64,000 nt of DNA from Thermoplasmata archaeon (GTDB taxonomy: Archaea > Thermoplasmatota > E2 > JACPAO01 > JAHFTW01): NCBI GenBank assembly GCA_034667725.1, contig JAXDQS010000003.1, positions 256,001-320,000 of the forward strand, in the 5' to 3' direction. The notes beneath the pieces are model-generated. The model was not told the origin of the DNA. It searched no databases and was given only the letters and a program-made list of their open reading frames with translations. The position numbers and the translations under genes are program-made. Positions 18,813 through 27,052 of this stretch are shown here, piece after piece (position 1 is the first letter of the stretch; every line of letters starts with the position of its first letter).

Positions 18813-20113
18813 CAGGAACCCTCCGCGTCCCGCGCCAGGCGGACGCCGGCGAAGATCTGGCGACGCATGGGCAGGTCCCAGTTGCGGAACGTGCCCGTGG
18901 CGCAGCCGGCGCGCGTGGCCCACGAGCCGCCCCGCAGGGCCTTGGAGGGGCCGCCGAAGAACGGCGCGGAGTAGCCCTCGTAGGCGAACGGCGCGAAGCC
19001 GCGGTAGGGCAGGAACGAGCTGGAGGTCCACTCCCACACGTCGCCCACCATGTGCTCGACGCCGTAGGGCGAGGTGCCCGCCGGGTAGGCGCCGGCGCGG
19101 GCCGGGCCCCAGCCCAGGTGGTCGAGGTTGGCGCACGCCGTCGTCGCGGGCGCGTTGCCCCACGGGTTGCGGCGCGCGCCGTCGGGGCCGCGGCAGGCCT
19201 TCTCCCACTCGGCCTCGGTCGGCAGCCGGGCGCCCGCCCAGGCCGCGTAGGCCTCCGCCTCCCAGTAGCCCACGTGGCACAGAATTTCGTCGGCCACGTC
19301 CCGCACGCGGGCGGTGCCTTGCAGGCCGGCGCGGTGCCAGGTGTCGCCGTGGCGGGACCAGTGCAGCGGCGCGTGGTGCGGCTCCGCCTCCAGCCAAGCC
19401 CGGCCGTCCTCGCTCCACCAGGCGGGGTCGTGGTAGCCGCCCTCCTCCAGGAACTCGAGGTAGTCGCCGTTGGTGACGGGGAAGCGCGCCATCTCGAAGG
19501 CGACGGTGCGCGCCTGGTGCGGCGGCGCCTCGTTGTCGTGGACGCCGGGCGCCATCGGCGTGCCCATCTCGAAGGCGCCGGCCGGCACTCGCACCCATGC
19601 CGGCTCACGGTGGGCGTCCGGCATCGGCTCGGGCAACGGGCGGGCGGCGGGCTTGCGGTAGCTGGCGTGCCGCAGCGCGATGGTCTGCAGCAGCGTTTCT
19701 TGATGCTGCTCCTCGTGCAGCGCGGCCAGCTCGTGCAAGGCGCCGTCGCGGGTGTCGGGCCGGCCGTCCAGGTCCAGCCCGACCAGGACGGCAAGGCACT
19801 CCTCTTGGACGCGCGCCATGTAGGCCAGCACGCCGGCGCGGTCGGGCAGGCGCAGCCTCGGCCGCTCGGGGCGCGGGTGCAGCATCGGGTCGTAGGTGTC
19901 GTCGTCCGCCGTCGCCGGGGCGCCCGTCAGGCGCTGCACCAGGAAGCGGCGGTGGAAGTTCGCCATGTGCCCAAGGTCCCACACGGGCGGGCCGAGGATC
20001 GGCAGGGCCGGCGCCGCCAGGTCGGCGTCCGACAGGCCGGAGGCCAGCAGCAAGGTGCGGGCGCGCGCCTCCTGGAGCCGCCCGGCCAGGCGCGGCTGGA
20101 GCAGCTGGCGCAT
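18812..20113 (-). CDS. egtB: Ergothioneine sulfoxide synthase (DinB-like + FGE-sulfatase domains)
   Basis: WDLGH and HEEQHQE iron ligands; RPER; YEGYSAPFF; FRNWDLPMRRQIF. Confidence 0.92.
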   Translation of the reverse strand: MRQLLQPRLAGRLQEARARTLLLASGLSDADLAAPALPILGPPVWDLGHMANFHRRFLVQRLTGAPATADDDTYDPMLHPRPERPRLRLPDRAGVLAYMARVQEECLAVLVGLDLDGRPDTRDGALHELAALHEEQHQETLLQTIALRHASYRKPAARPLPEPMPDAHREPAWVRVPAGAFEMGTPMAPGVHDNEAPPHQARTVAFEMARFPVTNGDYLEFLEEGGYHDPAWWSEDGRAWLEAEPHHAPLHWSRHGDTWHRAGLQGTARVRDVADEILCHVGYWEAEAYAAWAGARLPTEAEWEKACRGPDGARRNPWGNAPATTACANLDHLGWGPARAGAYPAGTSPYGVEHMVGDVWEWTSSSFLPYRGFAPFAYEGYSAPFFGGPSKALRGGSWATRAGCATGTFRNWDLPMRRQIFAGVRLARDAEGS

Positions 20114-20170
20114 GGCAGGCCGCAACCCGCACCGCGGCAAGAAGGGCTCGTTCCGCGGCCAGACGGCCCG

Positions 20171-20254
20171 TCGTTGCGCGATGTTCGCGGCAATTGTTTC
20201 TCGGCAACGAGGGAACAGGGGCCAAACCGGATAGGGCGCAAGCCCAATCCCCGG
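20171..20254 (+). ncRNA. Candidate structured 5' leader with two GCAA-tetraloop hairpins
   Basis: TGTT.CTCG-GCAA-CGAG..AACA (20195-20217) and GGAT.GGGC-GCAA-GCCC.ATCC (20229-20250); alternative pairing of 20171-20181 with 20201-20210. Confidence 0.4.
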
Positions 20255-20265
20255 CCCACTTTCCC

Positions 20266-20778
20266 ATGACCGAAGCATCCTCGCGAACCCTTGTCCGCAG
20301 CCCGCGGCCGCCCCTCTCCGTCTCGCCGCGCACCTGGATGCGCTGGGTCCAGGAGGTGGACGAGGCGTGGGTGCGCGCCCTGCCCATCCCCAAGGAGCAG
20401 TACGGCCGCCACGTCGTGCGCGACGACGACGAGGCCGAAATCATCGCCTGCACCTGGACCCGCGGCGAGGGCACGCCGCTGCACGGCCACGGCAGCAGCC
20501 AAGGCGTCACCTACGTCGTCGAAGGCACCCTGCTGGAGGAGCGGTTCATCCCGTTCGGCGCCGGCGCCGGCTTCAAGCACGAGGTCCGCCGCATCGAGGC
20601 CGGCGCCTGGGCGCACCACCCGCTCGGCTTGTACCACCGCGTCTACGGCGCCACCAAGGCAAGAAGCATCCAATGCACGGTCCCGCCGCTGGAGGACCCG
20701 CTCGCCCCCGTCCCCGCCGACGTGTGGCCCCGCCTCGACGCCGCCCGCACGCGCACCATGCTCCAGGAGTCGCTGTGA
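20266..20778 (+). CDS. Cysteine/thiol dioxygenase-like cupin
   Basis: YGRH, WTRGEGTPLHGHG and YHRV (3-His pattern). Confidence 0.78.
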   Translation: MTEASSRTLVRSPRPPLSVSPRTWMRWVQEVDEAWVRALPIPKEQYGRHVVRDDDEAEIIACTWTRGEGTPLHGHGSSQGVTYVVEGTLLEERFIPFGAGAGFKHEVRRIEAGAWAHHPLGLYHRVYGATKARSIQCTVPPLEDPLAPVPADVWPRLDAARTRTMLQESL

Positions 20779-21902
20779 AGGCCCTGCTGCGCTCCCGTCC
20801 CCTCCTCGATGAGCGGCTGCTGGAGGCGTGGGGCCAGCGCGAGGCCGCCGCCGACGCCCAACGCCACCGCCGCCTCCCCGAGGAGACCGTCGCGGACATC
20901 CGCGCCTCCAGCGTCCTCTTGGCTCCCGTCCCGGTCGAGCTCGGCGGCCAAGGCCTCCGCCTCCCCGAATGCCTCGGCATCCTGCGCCAGGTCGCGCAGC
21001 ACGCCCCCGCCACCGCGCTGGCGCTCGCCATGCCGCTCGGCAACGCCGCCACCGCCTGCATCCCCGACAGCGCCGTGCCCGCCAACCGCCGGCGCGAGCT
21101 GGCCGCCGGCCGCCACTGGATCGCCGAGCAGGCGCGCGCCGGCCGCATCCTGGCCGTCGCCAACTCCGAGCCCGGCGCCGGCGGCGACCTGGAGAACACC
21201 AAGACCGCCGCCCGCCTCGACGGCGCCGCCTGGCGCCTCACCGGCCAGAAGGCGTTCGCCACCTTCGGCTCCGACGCCGACTACTTCCTGTGCGCCGGCC
21301 GCACGCCCGACGGCGTCGAGGGCTTCTTCGTGCCCCGCGACGCGCCCGGCGTCGTCGTCGGCGACGACTGGGACGGCTTCGGCATGCGCACCAGCGCCAG
21401 CGTCACCCTCCGGCTCGACGACGCGCCCGCGGCGGCCGTCCTGGGCTACCGCGGCGCGCTCCGGGGCGCCAACGCCCGCCACTGGTCCACGCTGCTGTTC
21501 GGCGCCGTGTTCGTCGGCGTCGGCGAAGGGGCCCTCCGGGAGGCGTGCAAGGTCGCCGACCCCGGCAGCCCCTTCACGCGCGCCAGCGTCGCCGAGGCGG
21601 CGCTCGGGCTGGAGGCCGCGGCCGGCTTCCTGGAGGCGGTCGCGGCGCGCGACGGCTTCCCGTTCCGCGCCGCCAACGCCGCCCAGCGCGCCAAGACCGT
21701 GGCCGCCCAGGCCGCGCTGGCCGCCGCCACCACGGCGGCCGTCGTGGGCGGCGGGCGCTGCTACACCGACCGTTCCCCTATCGGCAAGTTCGTGCGCGAC
21801 GCCATGGCCGGCCCCCACCTCCGGCCGCCGCTGCCGAAGGTGCTGGACGCCGTCGCCGCCGAATGGCTCGACCAAGCCGACCGCCAACAGCCTCAAGCCT
21901 AG
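20775..21902 (+). CDS. Acyl-CoA dehydrogenase-fold flavoprotein (possible sulfur-acquisition monooxygenase type)
   Basis: NSEPGAGGD, LTGQKAFAT and WDGFGMRTSAS motifs; GTG overlaps the cupin stop. Confidence 0.82.
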   Translation: MKALLRSRPLLDERLLEAWGQREAAADAQRHRRLPEETVADIRASSVLLAPVPVELGGQGLRLPECLGILRQVAQHAPATALALAMPLGNAATACIPDSAVPANRRRELAAGRHWIAEQARAGRILAVANSEPGAGGDLENTKTAARLDGAAWRLTGQKAFATFGSDADYFLCAGRTPDGVEGFFVPRDAPGVVVGDDWDGFGMRTSASVTLRLDDAPAAAVLGYRGALRGANARHWSTLLFGAVFVGVGEGALREACKVADPGSPFTRASVAEAALGLEAAAGFLEAVAARDGFPFRAANAAQRAKTVAAQAALAAATTAAVVGGGRCYTDRSPIGKFVRDAMAGPHLRPPLPKVLDAVAAEWLDQADRQQPQA

Positions 21903-21921
21903 GACGCGGCGTCCCGGCCCC

Positions 21922-22941
21922 ATGCGCGCATGGGCATGCCTCGGCCTGGTCGTCCTGTTGGCCGGCTGTGTCGCCGAGCCGCCGGTCTGGACCAACGACG
22001 TGGCACCCATGGCGCCCAGCGAGGGCGGCACCGGCCCGCGCACCCTGCGCGTCCACGCCACCGACGGCCAGGCCGCCATGCCGGCCGCCGTCCTTCTGGT
22101 CTGGCAGCAGGACCCCGAGGCGCCGCCCGCGGCGGACCCGTTCGTCCTGCTCCAGCTTGGCCTGCGCACCGCCAACGGCACCGTCACGGGCCACGTCCCG
22201 AACGACCGGGTCGTGTACGCCCTCGTCGGCGCCGGCGACGCCTGGACCGAGGAGTGGACCCGCGTCCAGGCCGGCGCCGACGCCACCGACCTCACCGTCC
22301 GCCTGTTCCACCGCGGGCCGTATCCCTTCGCCATCGAGAAGTCCTGGCAGGGCGCCGCCGTCGGCTTCGACGCCTGGCCTTACGCCGAGCACGCCGAGTG
22401 GGACCCGTCGCCGCTGGTGCTGTCCCCCGACGAGCAGGTCAACGCCGCGCTCCAGGCCCGGCTCGGCAGCCTCGAAGGCACCCTGAAGTGGGAGAACACC
22501 CCGACCGCCATGGGCGACCTCGGCGTCATCGCGGCCACCCGCGGCGGCGCCAGCGCCTGCGCCATCCACGACGACGAGCGCGACCTGGCCCTCGGCGCCG
22601 CCACCCAGGAGTTCCGGATGCCGTACGACAGCCACTGCACGTTCTTCGGCCCCAACACCATCACCAGCATCGCGCTGCCCATCGACATCGGCCCCGCCAC
22701 CCGCAGCCACATGGCCGCCCCGCTCGGCCTGCCCTACACCATCGAGGGCAGCGGGTCGCTCTTGGCCTCCTACGGCTGGCAGGCGCTGGCCGACGAGTTC
22801 GGCGAACGCCCCTACTCCCGCGTCTGGGTCAACCCCGAGACCGGCGCGGCCGAGAAGCCCGTGGCCGGCCACTACTCGGGCTGGGCCGTCGCAGGCCTGG
22901 CCGGCGTGCTGCTGGCGCTGGCCCTTCGGCGGCGGGCCTAG
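21922..22941 (+). CDS. Hypothetical lipoprotein with C-terminal TM helix and RRR tail
   Basis: Lipobox LLAGC; C-terminus WAVAGLAGVLLALALRRRA. Confidence 0.72.
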   Translation: MRAWACLGLVVLLAGCVAEPPVWTNDVAPMAPSEGGTGPRTLRVHATDGQAAMPAAVLLVWQQDPEAPPAADPFVLLQLGLRTANGTVTGHVPNDRVVYALVGAGDAWTEEWTRVQAGADATDLTVRLFHRGPYPFAIEKSWQGAAVGFDAWPYAEHAEWDPSPLVLSPDEQVNAALQARLGSLEGTLKWENTPTAMGDLGVIAATRGGASACAIHDDERDLALGAATQEFRMPYDSHCTFFGPNTITSIALPIDIGPATRSHMAAPLGLPYTIEGSGSLLASYGWQALADEFGERPYSRVWVNPETGAAEKPVAGHYSGWAVAGLAGVLLALALRRRA

Positions 22942-23105
22942 TCGCCGCGGAAGTCCTCGTGCATGTTGCGGGTCCAGACCCGGAACTCGGCTTGGCAGCC
23001 CGGCGAGTCGCCCAAATGGCCAAGGAACGCCAGGTTCTCGGGATAGGACGGGTCGTCCGTCAGGGGCGCATGGCAGAACATGCACTCGGTGGTTGGCGCC
23101 TGCAT
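22938..23105 (-). CDS. Small (55 aa) zinc-finger-like protein, not in the ORF track
   Basis: Manual translation MQAPTTECMFCHAPLTDDPSYPENLAFLGHLGDSPGCQAEFRVWTRNMHEDFRGD; CxxC...H...C; fills the intergenic gap. Confidence 0.68.
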   Translation of the reverse strand: MQAPTTECMFCHAPLTDDPSYPENLAFLGHLGDSPGCQAEFRVWTRNMHEDFRGD

Positions 23106-23160
23106 GCCCAGGCTTTCGGCGTCCCCCCGGCATGAGGGTTGCGCCGTGGAAACCGCGGGC

Positions 23161-23472
23161 CTAGGCGACCTTGACCGTCATTTCCATGGACGGGTGGATG
23201 TCGCAGTGGACGTGGAACTCCCCCGCTTCCTTGAACGTGTGCTGGACGGTCGCGCCGGGGTCGAGCGTCATGTCGGCCACGCCGTGGATGGTGACGGTGT
23301 GCGGGTTCTTGCCCTCCGACACCCAGGCGATGGTCTCGCCCTTGACGATGTTGACCGTCGTCGGGTCGAAGCTGTTGTCGTGGACCTTCACCGTCTTGGC
23401 GGGGGTCGGGTCGGAGCCGGAGCAGCCGGCAAGCAGGAACACGGCGAGGGCGAGGACGGCGAAGACGCGCAT
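23161..23472 (-). CDS. Cupredoxin (plastocyanin/halocyanin-like) lipoprotein
   Basis: Lipobox LLAGC; PHTV and HCDIHPSM type-1 copper ligands. Confidence 0.9.
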   Translation of the reverse strand: MRVFAVLALAVFLLAGCSGSDPTPAKTVKVHDNSFDPTTVNIVKGETIAWVSEGKNPHTVTIHGVADMTLDPGATVQHTFKEAGEFHVHCDIHPSMEMTVKVA

Positions 23473-23579
23473 CGGCCGGGCGACGGGGACGGGGATTGAT
23501 GGCCTTGCCGGATGCCCGCGCGGCCTCAGGCCCACGCCTGCGCCAATACCGTCAAGAGAGCCCCTCCCGTCCGAGCGGC

Positions 23580-25763
23580 GTGGCCCTCCAGGAGCTCGGC
23601 ATCGACCCCCGCGTCGCCGCCGCCCTGGAGGCGCAAGGCATCCGGGACCTCTACCCGCCCCAGAAGGAGGCGTGGAAGGCGATCAAGGAGGGCCGCAACG
23701 CCTTGGTCGCGATCCCCACCGCGAGCGGCAAGTCGCTCATCGCGTACCTCGCCATCCTGCACCGCTGGCTTGCCACCGGCAAGAAGTCGCTCTACATCGT
23801 GCCGCTGCGGGCGCTGGCGTCGGAGAAGCACGAGGAATTGCAGGCGTTCAAGGCGCTCGGCGTCACCGTCGGCCTGGCCACCGGCGACCTCGACGACAAG
23901 GACCCGCGCCTCGGCCGGTTCGACGTCATCGTCTGCACCAGCGAGAAGGCCGACGCGCTGCTGCGGCACCGCACCGAGTGGACCCTCGACATCGGCTGCG
24001 TCGTCGTGGACGAGCTGCACCTCTTGAACGACGCCAGCCGCGGCCCCACCCTGGAGGTCATCCTCGCCCGCTTCCGCGCCTTGGTCCCCAAGTGCCAGGT
24101 GGTCGGCCTCAGCGCCACCGTCGCCAACGCCAAGGACCTGGCCGAGTGGCTCGACGCCAAGCTGGTGACGAGCGAATGGCGCCCCGTGCAACTCCACCTC
24201 GGCACCTACACCGGCGACCGCCTCGAGTTCCTCGGCCAGCCCGCCCGCCGCCTGGAGGCCGGCGGCGACCCGGTGGCGAGCCTGGCGGAGGACACCATCC
24301 GGACGGGCGGCCAATGCCTGGTGTTCGTCAGCACCCGCAAGTCCGCCGAGGCGCAGGCCACCAAGCTTGCCGGCCCGGTGCGCGCGCTGCTCTCGGCCGA
24401 CGAGCTGGCCCGCGTGGACGCGGCCGCCGCCGACCTGGACGGCGAGGACGGCTCCGCGGCCGGCAAGAAGCTCGCCAAGCTCGCCCGCGCCGGGGTCGCC
24501 TACCACACGGCCGGGCTGGACTCGGCGCAGCGCCGCTGGATCGAAGCCGCGTTCCGCAAAGGCCTCCTCAAGGTGCTGTGCGCGACCCCGACGCTGGCGG
24601 CCGGCGTCAACACGCCGGCCCGCCGCGTGGTGGTGCGCGACCTCAGCCGCTTCGAGATGGGCGAAGGCTCGCGGCCGCTGCCCGTGATGGAGGTCAAGCA
24701 GATGATGGGCCGCGCCGGCCGCCCGCGCTACGACCCCTACGGCGAGGCGGTGCTGCTCGCCAAGTCGCAGGAGCACAAGGAGGCCATCGAGGAGACCTAC
24801 CTGCGCGGCGAGGTCGAGCCCGTCACGTCGAAGCTGGCCGCCGAGTCGCCGCTCCGAATCCACGTCCTGGCCTCGATCGCCGGCGGCTACTGCTCGACCC
24901 CCGGCGAGCTGGAGGCGTTCTTCGGCCGCACCTTCTGGGCCCGCGAGACCTCCGACTGGAAGGTGCGCGACCGCATCGAGGACGTGCTGGCGTTCCTGCA
25001 GGACAACGATTTCGTCCACCCCCAAGGAACCCGCTTGAAGGCCAGCCCGTTCGGGGCGCGCACCAGCGATCTCTACATCGACCCCCTGTCCGCGCTCCGG
25101 CTCCGGGAGGCGCTCGAGTCCAAGGGCGAGCCGACGACGTTCGCCGTGCTGGAGGCGGTGTGCGGCTGCCCCGACCTGTTCCCGCTCTACCTCCGCCAAG
25201 GCGACGACTGGGTGCAGGAGCGCTTCTGGCAGCACCACGAGGAGATCCTGGTCGAGGCCGACGGCCGCGACCTTGAGTCCGCCATGAGCTACGCCAAGAC
25301 CGCGTTCCTGCTCACGGACTGGCTGCACGAACGCCCGATGGACGCGCTGGAGGAGCGCTACGCCGTCGGCCCCGGCGACGTCCGGATGCGCCTCGACGCC
25401 GCCGCCTGGCTGCTGCACGCCATGAAGGAACTGGCCCGCGTCATGCGCCCCGACTGGCAAGCCCCGCTCACCGACCTCACGCTGCAACTGGAGCACGGCG
25501 TCAAGCCGGAGCTGCTCCCCTTGATCCGCCTCAAGGGCATCGGCCGCGTCCGCGCCCGCACCCTCTGGAACGCCGGCTTCACCACACCCGCCAAGCTGCG
25601 CGGCACCCCCGTCGAGCGGCTCGCAAGCCTGCCCGGCTTCGGCGTCAAGCTCGCCCTCGACCTCCTGCGCCAGGTCGGCACCGCCGCGGCGGCCGTGCCC
25701 GAGCCGCCCGCCCCCACCCCGAAGGAGGCCGGCGGCCAATCCAGCCTCGGCCGGTGGTCCTGA
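23580..25763 (+). CDS. hel308: ATP-dependent DNA helicase Hel308/Hjm (Ski2-like)
   Basis: PTASGKS, DELH, LSAT, TPTLAAGVN and QMMGRAGR motifs; C-terminal HhH GIGRVRAR; GTG start inferred. Confidence 0.93.
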   Translation: MALQELGIDPRVAAALEAQGIRDLYPPQKEAWKAIKEGRNALVAIPTASGKSLIAYLAILHRWLATGKKSLYIVPLRALASEKHEELQAFKALGVTVGLATGDLDDKDPRLGRFDVIVCTSEKADALLRHRTEWTLDIGCVVVDELHLLNDASRGPTLEVILARFRALVPKCQVVGLSATVANAKDLAEWLDAKLVTSEWRPVQLHLGTYTGDRLEFLGQPARRLEAGGDPVASLAEDTIRTGGQCLVFVSTRKSAEAQATKLAGPVRALLSADELARVDAAAADLDGEDGSAAGKKLAKLARAGVAYHTAGLDSAQRRWIEAAFRKGLLKVLCATPTLAAGVNTPARRVVVRDLSRFEMGEGSRPLPVMEVKQMMGRAGRPRYDPYGEAVLLAKSQEHKEAIEETYLRGEVEPVTSKLAAESPLRIHVLASIAGGYCSTPGELEAFFGRTFWARETSDWKVRDRIEDVLAFLQDNDFVHPQGTRLKASPFGARTSDLYIDPLSALRLREALESKGEPTTFAVLEAVCGCPDLFPLYLRQGDDWVQERFWQHHEEILVEADGRDLESAMSYAKTAFLLTDWLHERPMDALEERYAVGPGDVRMRLDAAAWLLHAMKELARVMRPDWQAPLTDLTLQLEHGVKPELLPLIRLKGIGRVRARTLWNAGFTTPAKLRGTPVERLASLPGFGVKLALDLLRQVGTAAAAVPEPPAPTPKEAGGQSSLGRWS

Positions 25764-26263
25764 TGCACGGCGAGTTCGCCTGGGCCGGCGTCCTCGGCCC
25801 CCTCAGCCTGGAGGACCTTCTGTTCACGGCCGCCAAGTCGAACCGCATCGCGCCGCTGCAGGTCGTGCGCGCCGACCGCGTCGTCGGCGAAGCCCACCTC
25901 CGCTCCGCCGCCCTGCACGCCCAACGCGCCGAGCGCGAGGGCCGGATGCAGGCCAAGAGCCTGGAGGTCGAGTTCGTCCGCTACCTCGCCGGCGAGCGCC
26001 AGATCCGCGCCGCCCTCGCCAAGGTCGGCGTCGTGGATGGCGCCGCGGCCGGCGTCGTGGTCGGCCTCGGGCCGAAAGGGCACGACGCGGTGGCACACTT
26101 CGTCCATAGCCTGGGCTTGCGCACCGACGACGCCGTCGCGGCGGCCGACGAAGCGAAGCTGGCAGGATTCGGCGTGACCCCCGCGATGCGGGCCGCGACC
26201 TTGGGCGACCCGGCGGGCATCGTGCTGGAGATGGTGGCGATGGTGGACTTGATGCGGAGCTGA
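25763..26263 (+). CDS. cgi121: KEOPS complex subunit Cgi121
   Basis: QVVRADRVVGEAHL...AKSLEVEFVRYLAGERQI..AL..VG; conserved position after hel308. Confidence 0.85.
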   Translation: MHGEFAWAGVLGPLSLEDLLFTAAKSNRIAPLQVVRADRVVGEAHLRSAALHAQRAEREGRMQAKSLEVEFVRYLAGERQIRAALAKVGVVDGAAAGVVVGLGPKGHDAVAHFVHSLGLRTDDAVAAADEAKLAGFGVTPAMRAATLGDPAGIVLEMVAMVDLMRS

Positions 26264-26335
26264 ACGGGGTTCTTCGGCAGGTCGCCACCCCTCGGCCTTA
26301 TCGCCGCCCAACCGATCGCGGCCCGGCGACATCCC

Positions 26336-26863
26336 ATGGCTCCAACCACGACGCAAGGCAAGCAGGCCAGGCCGCCGGTCCAGGGCTTGGACGCCATCAC
26401 CCCATGCCTGTGGTTCGACGGCCAGGCCGAGGAGGCGGCGCGGTTCTACGTCTCCGTCTTCCCCGATTCCAGCCTCGACCGCGTCGTGCCATCGCCCAGC
26501 GACTACCCGGCGGGCAAGAAGGGCGACACCGTCGTCGTCGACTTCACGCTCATGGGACGCAAGTTCATGGCCCTCAACGGCGGCCCCTACTTCCGCTTGA
26601 ACGAGGCCGTCTCCTTCGTCGTGCCCTGCAAGGACCAGGCCGAGGTGGACCGCTACTGGAAGGCCCTGTCCGCCGTGCCGGAGGCCGAGCAATGTGGCTG
26701 GCTCAAGGACAAGTTCGGCGCCTCGTGGCAGATCGTCCCCAACCGCATGTTCGAGCTGCTGATGGACCCGGACCCCAAGAGGGCGGCGCGGGCGTACCAG
26801 GCCATGATGGACATGAAGAAGCTCGACGTCGCCGCGTTGGAGCGCGCCGCCAACGGAAGGTAG
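26336..26863 (+). CDS. VOC family protein (PhnB / 3-demethylubiquinone-9 3-methyltransferase-like)
   Basis: ITPCLWFDGQAEEAA..Y, ALNGGP and CGWLKDKFG.SWQIVP motifs. Confidence 0.92.
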   Translation: MAPTTTQGKQARPPVQGLDAITPCLWFDGQAEEAARFYVSVFPDSSLDRVVPSPSDYPAGKKGDTVVVDFTLMGRKFMALNGGPYFRLNEAVSFVVPCKDQAEVDRYWKALSAVPEAEQCGWLKDKFGASWQIVPNRMFELLMDPDPKRAARAYQAMMDMKKLDVAALERAANGR

Positions 26864-26968
26864 CGTCGAGGCCCTCGCGCTTATGTAGGGGACGCAAGTG
26901 GCCGACCCTGCGTCCCTCTGTGGCGGCCGCCTCTCCGCAAGGTGGCTCCCAACGCCAAAGAAGGACCT

Positions 26969-27042
26969 GGGCCCATGGGGTAGCTTGGATATCCTTTAGG
27001 CTTGCGGAGCCTGCGACGAGGGTTCGAATCCCTCTGGGCCCG
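26969..27042 (+). tRNA. tRNA-Arg(GCG)
   Basis: Acceptor GGGCCCA/TGGGCCC; anticodon arm TAGGC-TTGCGGA-GCCTG (GCG at 27004-27006); T arm GAGGG-TTCGAAT-CCCTC; no encoded CCA, no intron. Confidence 0.95.
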
Positions 27043-27052
27043 CTTCATCCGG

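Noticed and set aside
18812-19600. FGE-sulfatase (CLec) domain as a diversity-generating retroelement target
   Set aside because: No reverse transcriptase and no template-repeat copy seen in the window
18812-20113. Selenoneine (SenA) or ovothiol (OvoA) interpretation of the sulfoxide synthase
   Set aside because: No senB/selD neighbour and no C-terminal methyltransferase; type I EgtB motifs and egtC are present
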